From Amphiscolops sp. MND2022 (Eukaryota), in assembly GCA_964187785.1 (NCBI GenBank), contig OZ076409.1:55616001-55680000 (forward strand): a stretch of 64,000 nucleotides of DNA, written 5' to 3'. A program made the translations under genes and the position numbers. The notes beneath the pieces are model-generated. The model worked only from the letters and a program-made list of their open reading frames with translations, was not told where the DNA came from and made no database searches. How positions within the stretch are numbered: position 1 is the first letter of the stretch; every line of letters begins with the position of its first letter. This document shows positions 56,595-64,000 of the stretch, piece by piece.

Positions 56595-58125
56595 CCCAGT
56601 GCAAAATATATTGAAACTCTTGACAAGAATCTTGCAAATTCTTGAAACCCTTGGTAAGAATCTTGGCAAGATTCTTACCAAGAGCGCTAAGAATATGTAC
56701 GATCTTGCAAGATTTTGCCAAGAACTTCAAGAAAAACCTCTCAGGAAAAACCAAGAAGTACCAAGAATCTTGTCAAATAATCCAAAAAAAATACAAAAAC
56801 CTTGCCACGAAATCCGGGAAAATTCAAGAATAAGCGGGAAAAGGCGTGAGGTCTCAAGATTCCCGGTTACAACCTAGCCCACCGCCAAGAAACCCGAACC
56901 ACAAAAGTTAAGGAAGGAGATCTAAAGTCAATGGAAATAAGATTTATAAGCATCCAAAAGTCGATCAGATAGTTGTAGGATATGTTTTCCAACCGCAAAC
57001 AAAGTTTGCAGCTATTTCGAACTACAATCCTTATATTGAGTTCGCGAACGCTCTCAGCTAGCGGAACCATTTTGATTCCACGTTAGAGGACCCACGACGA
57101 GAACGTGGCCTCCAAATAATCCCACGAAAGAACCCATTTCTAATAAAGATTAAGAAAAATTCTAAAAAACACGAAACGAAGAAAGACTTCAAAATGAAAA
57201 TAGAGAAGTAAATCAGCTGAAAAGCTGGCCAAAAACTAACACTATGGCAGAGAATTGCACACCAAGAAATCTAAGCCAAAACGATGGTTTTTCGTTTTAG
57301 TGATTTTAAACGTTCTTCTACCAGAATACGGTTCTTATTCCGTTATTCTTATACGTTATTCCACTGAAATACAGTGTTTTTGGATCTTATTCCACCAAAA
57401 TACATTGATTGTAGACGGTATTCTACAAAAATAGTGATTTTAGACGTTATTCCACAAAAATAAATATTTTAGAGGTTATTCCTCAAAAATAGTGATTTTA
57501 GACGTTATTCTACCAGAATATGGGTCATTTAAATGTTATTCCAGTGAAATACAGCGATTTTAGATCTTATTCTATCAAATTACACTGATTTTAAACGTTA
57601 ATCCACAAAATTAGTGATTTTAGACGTTATTCCTAGAAAAAGTGATTTCAGACATTATTCCTTAAAAATAGTGATTTTAGACGTTATTCTACCAGCATAC
57701 GGTTCTTTCAAACGTTATTCCAGTAAAATACAGTGTTTTTGGATCTTATTTTACCAAATTACACTGATTTTAGACGTTATTTCACAAAATTAGTGATTTT
57801 AGACGTTATTCCCAGAAAACGTGATTTTAGACGTTATTCCTGAAAAATAGTGATTTTAGACGTTATTTTACCGAAATACAAATTTCACGCCCAAAGGAAA
57901 AACTTGGCGCCCAAACAAATGCAAACTTCACGCCCAAACAATGAATTCGAATTTTTAACCTCTTGAATTTCTTGATAAGAATCTTGACAAGAATCTTGTC
58001 AAGAATTTCAAGATTTTTTAACGGTCAAGAATAATTCAAGGTCTTATCAAGGGTTTCAAGAGGTATCGGGAATTTGCCGGAAAATCCAAGATATTGGCAG
58101 GAGTTTCTAGATATTTTGCACTGGG
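56595..58125. mobile_element. Non-autonomous EnSpm/CACTA (CMC)-like DNA transposon
   Basis: 15-bp perfect TIR CCCAGTGCAAAATAT / ATATTTTGCACTGGG, 2-bp TSD AG, and CAAGAATCTTG subterminal repeats at both ends. Confidence 0.75.
57290..57880. repeat. Minisatellite, ~30-33 bp unit AGTGATTTTAGACGTTATTC.., with ~187-bp higher-order period
   Basis: Directly visible degenerate tandem copies inside the EnSpm-like element. Confidence 0.88.
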
Positions 58126-60212
58126 AGTCCATTGCAAAAATTTTCAGCAAATCAAATTCTTGAATCTTTTCATACATGATCTAGACATGCCATGGATGGT
58201 AACTCTAAATAGACAGAACACAGAACAAGACTCCCAAAAAATGGTTCTAATTTGATTTTGGTTTCTGTCAAACCGTTGGATTCGACTAGTTAAAAGTTTG
58301 TTGTCAACCATTGAGTTACGTACAGGTTCACGCCTTGTTATTCAGAGTTGCGGTTGATTACGAACTTTTTCCCGGTTTACTTTTAGAATCAAAAATCAGG
58401 CCAGATGTTTCATCAAAAATCACTGTATCAAATGACTAAACTTTTTTTCGCCAACACATCTTGAAAGTGTGGTGTATTAGAACCCGGCTTGAACCTCCGA
58501 TCGTAAAAAATGTCTGCAGTTTCACGCAGAGCAACTTCACCTGAATTTGATTCTTTCTGCATCTAAAGCAAAATTCAGTTCCTAGAAGTACAACTTTTTG
58601 AACGTAAGATACTGCATCTACAAGTGAGCACGAATTTCTTCAAATATGTTTCGATTACCAAATCTGATTATGCGGAATTTGCTTGATTGGGCGTCTTTAG
58701 CACTCAGTGTTATCATTTCCCTTTGAATGATGTCGTTTAGGCGCTGAAAAGAAATGTTTTTGTCACTATCTGGAACTTTTTGATCAGTCAGATGAGAAAC
58801 AAATCTTCGAAATGAAGCATGGCAGTTAGATGTTCAATTTCAATGCATCCTTGTGCACCAGCATTGCAAGGGTATCTGGATCCAGCAACCAATGAAGCCC
58901 ATCTGACTTTTCTGCGAGAGCCATTTTATAGCATTGAACCATTGTGAAATTTCTTTTCCTTGAACTCGATACTGAAGTTTTTAAGTTTTTGATTGCCCGA
59001 TATATGTTCTGCCACTTGTTCGGTGTAGAAAGCGCCATCGAAACTCATGCTGAATTACCTGACGGGAATAGGAAGGTGCGAATTTTCCATGATAAATTTC
59101 AGCGAAATGTCTTTCTAGGTAGCTTTTTTGTTTCAAAATTCACTGTTATGCATGCTTTCTTAGGATTTAATCGACAAGTCAAAGTCTCCCAGGCTGCCGC
59201 CTGCGATGGTAATTTATATACCAATGACCCGGACCGACAGATCGCCCTGCCAGGAACACTACCATTGCAATGAATCTTTCAAAACTCTCAACTGTATTTC
59301 TGCAGTTTTATACATATTTGCGATACTTCATGTTGCTTTCAATACATGTAAATGCTGTTGATGTAATTTTGTATTATAAAATTTCACAGCAAGCAATACT
59401 GACAGGCAGAAAGGAAACGTGTTCCAGCGTCTGCCCGCTCAGTATAGCTAGCATAGCCGTCCTAGGCGGATTGGCCAATCATGGCATTGTATTTAATCAC
59501 CGTTGCTTTGAAATATAGTGTAGTGCTATAAACAACCGGAATGAACAGGCAAGGCTATGCGGCCTTACCAGTCTTAATATACATTTACTTGATGACGCTA
59601 AATTAACCAATGAAAGCGAGAACTATTGAAGCTGTATTACATACGCGCAAATAAAGCCCCTCATGTATTAGTACCTTGACCGACCATTTTGCAAACTATT
59701 ACCATTAATTGTTTTACATTGCCCCCTGTACTATATCTCGAAATGACCAACAAGCTCATTTGCCGAACGGGTCCTTTTGTGCATCAGATAACAAGAAGTA
59801 AAATCGATGCTAATCAGTTACTTCATGTTATTAGCCGTATTAGGCCACATGTCACTCCCCTTTTTTGTGCTAACCGCGACAGGCTTTGATCGTGCCGCCC
59901 CAATGAAAGAAAGTGACGTCATGTTATATGTTCGAAGAATGGAATGTAGTTATTTTTAGACTTATTCTCTTTTTAGCAACATGACCACAAAAACTCTGAG
60001 TGTCATTTCCACTTGGGTATATATACCCGAGCTGGGCCTTCGAGAAACACAATTTTCTTGATCTATGTCCAAGTTACAATGCTAAAAGTTCCACTGTAAA
60101 ACCTGAAGTCGATAAAATAACATTACAGGAACATTTTAAACATTCTTTCTTGTGCAAACTTTAATGACTTCTACCGGTAAACAAAAGGCGAAACTCTAGA
60201 ACATCTAGCGAA

Positions 60213-60665
60213 ATGGACATATTGTCTCACTATGGTAACATGGACGTCAGGCTAGGTGAGGGAAATTCAAACGCAATAGAAAGAGAGTTAGACAATGTCC
60301 TGAATGGCCCTGAGTCGGTACCAAATAGAGAATGTTTTTCCCAAGAAAACGAAATCAGGGGCATATACAGTGGTATTGACGCAAGAAGTCACAATAGACT
60401 AACAAAGTCTATCGAGGTTTTATCAGATGAAAAGAATGCTGGATTATCTCATGAAATATACTCAATATTGGACACGATGCGAACGCAGATGAACAGGGCA
60501 TTTAGCTTGGCTATAAACGACACGTGTTTTACCAGAAATATTCAAGTTGGTCCCCAAATGAATTTGGTATTGGTAATGCGTGGAAGACGCCAAACGATAA
60601 AGTAACAAAGAAGGACTCACAGTCCGCATGCGATCTAGGAGAAAACGTGGACATTACCCCTTACA
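60213..60665 (+). mobile_element. Relic gag N-terminus or LTR end of another gypsy family
   Basis: Broken frames MDILSHYGNMDVRLGEG..SQENEIR..DLGENVDITPY ending TTACA, with upstream CCAAT/TATA-like motifs. Analogous to the gag-in-LTR layout; no partner LTR or PBS found. Confidence 0.35.
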
Positions 60666-63600
60666 CAAAAGGCGGATCATTCGTTTCACTTTGTAACCCA
60701 CCATTTGACCATCTTCTGGAACCACTGTCCCAATTAGCATGGACTCCGCCATCAGTTTTACGCCATTTTAACTCAGCCACGCAATAAACTCCAAACTAGA
60801 TTCAACTTCAGCGTGCTATTTGACGAATGATGTACAAGTCAGATGGGTAGTTGAGAAAACAAACTGTTAATACAACGAAATAGTGTCGGAAAGGAAACGG
60901 AATCTAATGCACATTGTGAAACTTTAAATGCACAGTGTAAACTACGGTGTATTTCTATGAGGTTTAACACCTGAAGCGTACTGAAATTCCGAGGTGTCCA
61001 CGAACGAACTTCTACAGAATGTACCCTGATGGTAGAAATACAAAACCACCGCCAGGTGTGCTCCCAAGTCAAAGCTCAAGGACCTTGGGTTTGTTCGGCC
61101 ACAGCATAAAACTGTGAATTGTTGTCAACTATTTTGAGCATACTGTTTTGTTACTAGTTGATATTTTCTGCGTTTATATCACCAAGGAATGTGCTTTTTC
61201 TAGTAAATCATGTAAAAGCTGTTGCCAATGTTAACCAGTACTCGTTCTTAATTTCGTCTAGTTGAATTTACTGGAAAAAATTGAACTAATCAAAATTCTA
61301 TAGCCCATGAAGCGTCCTCGACGTATCAAGAGATAGTATTTACCAGTGAATTTACTGCTAATTTCGGGAAAAGTATTTCAAACAACCTATCTGTGTCTAT
61401 TTGTTGAAAAACGCATTTTATATCTTTGTAACTACTTTTAGATTGGATTCAGTTGTAATTTCCCATGAAACAAACACAAGCAAAAAAGTGTTCAAATTTC
61501 ACCAACCGATGCACACTGCCGAGAGTTGTATTTGCTTGCTCAAAGTTAGGCCTTCGCCGTCGAGCGTTATTTTTAATCACAACGCTGTTTTCAGCGATCA
61601 AAAGCGTCTAGAAATCGATGTGACGTAAATTAGAGAATCTTTTCGTAACGTTTTTATTCTCGACAAGTGACTCAGTATTTGTTGTGGTTGCAATTCAAAC
61701 TCAATAAAAAGTTTTTTAATGCTCAAAATCAACAGATCAAACCATTGACGTTCACAATTTCTTTTTTTTTGATAGGTGCCAACCATAAGGTGTTTGATTT
61801 ACATGTTGCACAAAACTAATTATATATGGAGATGTGTTTCGACGTTCAATTAGTTCATACTTCCTTTTTCCAATGTTTCAAAGCGTTTTTTGATAATACA
61901 CTCCTTTAATAATGTTACGGCAGGCATTAATCGATCGCTTAACAGAATACTAGAAGTGGAGGAACATGCTGAATGGGAACATTGCCCGGGCCCGGGACTG
62001 GAACCATCGCAACAAATCCAACTTGTCTCCAAGGTGAAAGAACTCTCGTAAAGCCGTGGGGAAGTCCGCTTCAGATGAATGTTTTCCGACCTGTGCTAAC
62101 CTTTTACTGTCATAAGTAACGCGCATCTTTCTATAATTCTGAGGACCAAGGCTCAAATACCCCATAGAAACTGGGTCAAGAATTAGGGAAATTTGCAACT
62201 CCAGGGTGAAAGAGCGAAAGTGATCTAAAATCGCCTAAGTAGCTTTCGATGCAACAATACATCAAAACAATGGATCACACAGCTAAAGCTGGGCCTCGCA
62301 AATATCAAACAAAGGTTATCAGGGGAAAAGACTCATTTTTCTGTTTTTGCTACTTTAGGTTACAATTCACTAAAATATATCAAAACCGTGGGTTTAGCAA
62401 CTGTAATTGGAGTTATTTTAAAGTTTTTCATCTCTCTGTCTCTGTCTGCCGTCGGGCTCTCTCTATCTGCTCTCGTCTTTGATTTTTGTTCAAAATCTTG
62501 CGGAGACAGCAAATATAGCAATCACATGCCCAATGCCACGTCAAATTCCGGAACATATAATTTCACAACTTCTCATGTTGAGCACTCCCTGCGAATCTGT
62601 ACAGATCTGCACAGATCCTGACAGATATTCCAGGATTGTTCGAAAATTGAATAGTCATAAATTCAGTTTTCGAAAAAGAAATTAGTTGGTTAAAAAGTGC
62701 TCCACGAAAAAAAAGTCTTCTTCTCTTATTTGAAGTTTTAAAACAATTAACCATACCAATAAATTACTATAACGTATTCCGAGTTTCCAGCAATTACTAA
62801 AACTACTCCAGCAAACCATGTTCCCGAAATATTACAACCACAGCACTCTATCAACACCTCTACCAACCCAGAAGGTTGTCACATGTCAAATTTCATCCGT
62901 CAAAACGAAGTCAATATGGCAAACGAGCCTCTCAAAGTTGAAAAACCACTTCTGGAAAGTTCAAGTGAAATGGATAAATTGAAGTGTATAACCAACACCA
63001 AAATTACCGTGATGGGGAAAAGATTTCCTGCTCAAGAAGTTTGGGCGATGGAGACTTTCAACTGACTGAGAATTGGTCAGCAAAAATACTTCTTGAAGAA
63101 TCCTACATCTCATGCTTGGCGTGATTTCCGCTTCACCTGATTTATCGCCCTGTAAAACTTGAAAAAATCATTTATGCTTCAGCATAAATCAATCTACACT
63201 TATTGTATACTGGCATCAGCTATCCCTATACAATAATACAGTGTTTTCTCTCCCTCTCTCTCCCAAAAATGCAATATATTGTTTCCCAGAAGCTCCGGAA
63301 AAAAATTTCCTGAAAAATCTGTACAGAAAATCCATGAACATCTGTAAAGATCCTTGCAGATCTGCAGTTGTCCTTACGTAGCAGTGGCACGATCTTTATA
63401 GATCCTCAAGGAAAATTGGCTCACAGATCTGTACAGATCTCAAGGAAAGCTCAACATGGGTTTCTGCAACCTCATGTAACGGTAAGCTAATATGGCGACT
63501 TAGGAAGTTACACAAGGGTAGCAAGCAGCAAAAAACGTTCAGGACTCACTATCATTTGTCAATAAACCATTTTTCCTCCGGTTGGGTTGTCGCGTCGTGA

Positions 63601-64000
63601 GGGAAGAGGTCCCGTCTCTGTAAGAAGCTCTCTAACAGATTCTGGTCTGTAAATGCTTTCTTTGGTGTGCATCTTGCTCTTTCTCAGCACCACCACTCTA
63701 ACAACCTTTAAAAACGGGTTCACGAACTGCCAAATCGATAAATACAGGAGTGCCGGAAGATGTAATAAACAGCAGCTCTCAAGTATACGACAGTTTAGTA
63801 ACATTACATTACAATACATCAAAACAAGAGAAAATGCCAAATTTCCGCCTTGCTAGCAAACTGTGGGATCCACTGATTATATAACGTTCACGCGAAGTAC
63901 ACTATTTGGAAAGGGTTTATTCTTCAGGTTGAGACAAGAACTCTTCCGCACAAGGTAGCACGCGCGCCTACTTCCACGCATATCATAGTCTACTGGATTC

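Overview
AT-rich, repeat-dense eukaryotic (metazoan-type) genomic DNA with one 200-N gap; there is no prokaryotic or CRISPR content. A + strand host gene with calcium-binding EGF exons (10082-37473) has a ~25.6 kb stretch between recognisable exons that is filled with mobile DNA. The main element is a young 16,866-bp Ty3/gypsy LTR retrotransposon on the minus strand (19086-35951) with 1722-bp near-identical LTRs and an ACAAG target-site duplication. Its Gag starts inside the LTR and it has a -1 frameshift site (TTTAAAC) into pol. Between pol and the 3' LTR, where env would normally sit, it carries two genes. One is an antisense six-exon gene (1103 aa) with a BED-like zinc finger and a probable catalytically dead hAT-transposase fold. 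The other is a divergently transcribed 342-aa ORF with a C-terminal Cys cluster. Phased arrays of a CGYAT-N5-CGYAT motif (31-33 bp period) lie in the LTR U3, the divergent promoter and the large intron. Together these suggest a self-encoded DNA-binding protein plus its own binding-site arrays; this is an inference. The window also holds the 3' half of a second gypsy element with a chuvirus-G-like (class III fusogen-like) env, a LINE relic, LTR relics, several DNA-transposon derivatives (hAT MITE, Tc1-like, EnSpm/CMC-like), a duplicated 79-aa RING-variant ORF, local duplications and minisatellites.
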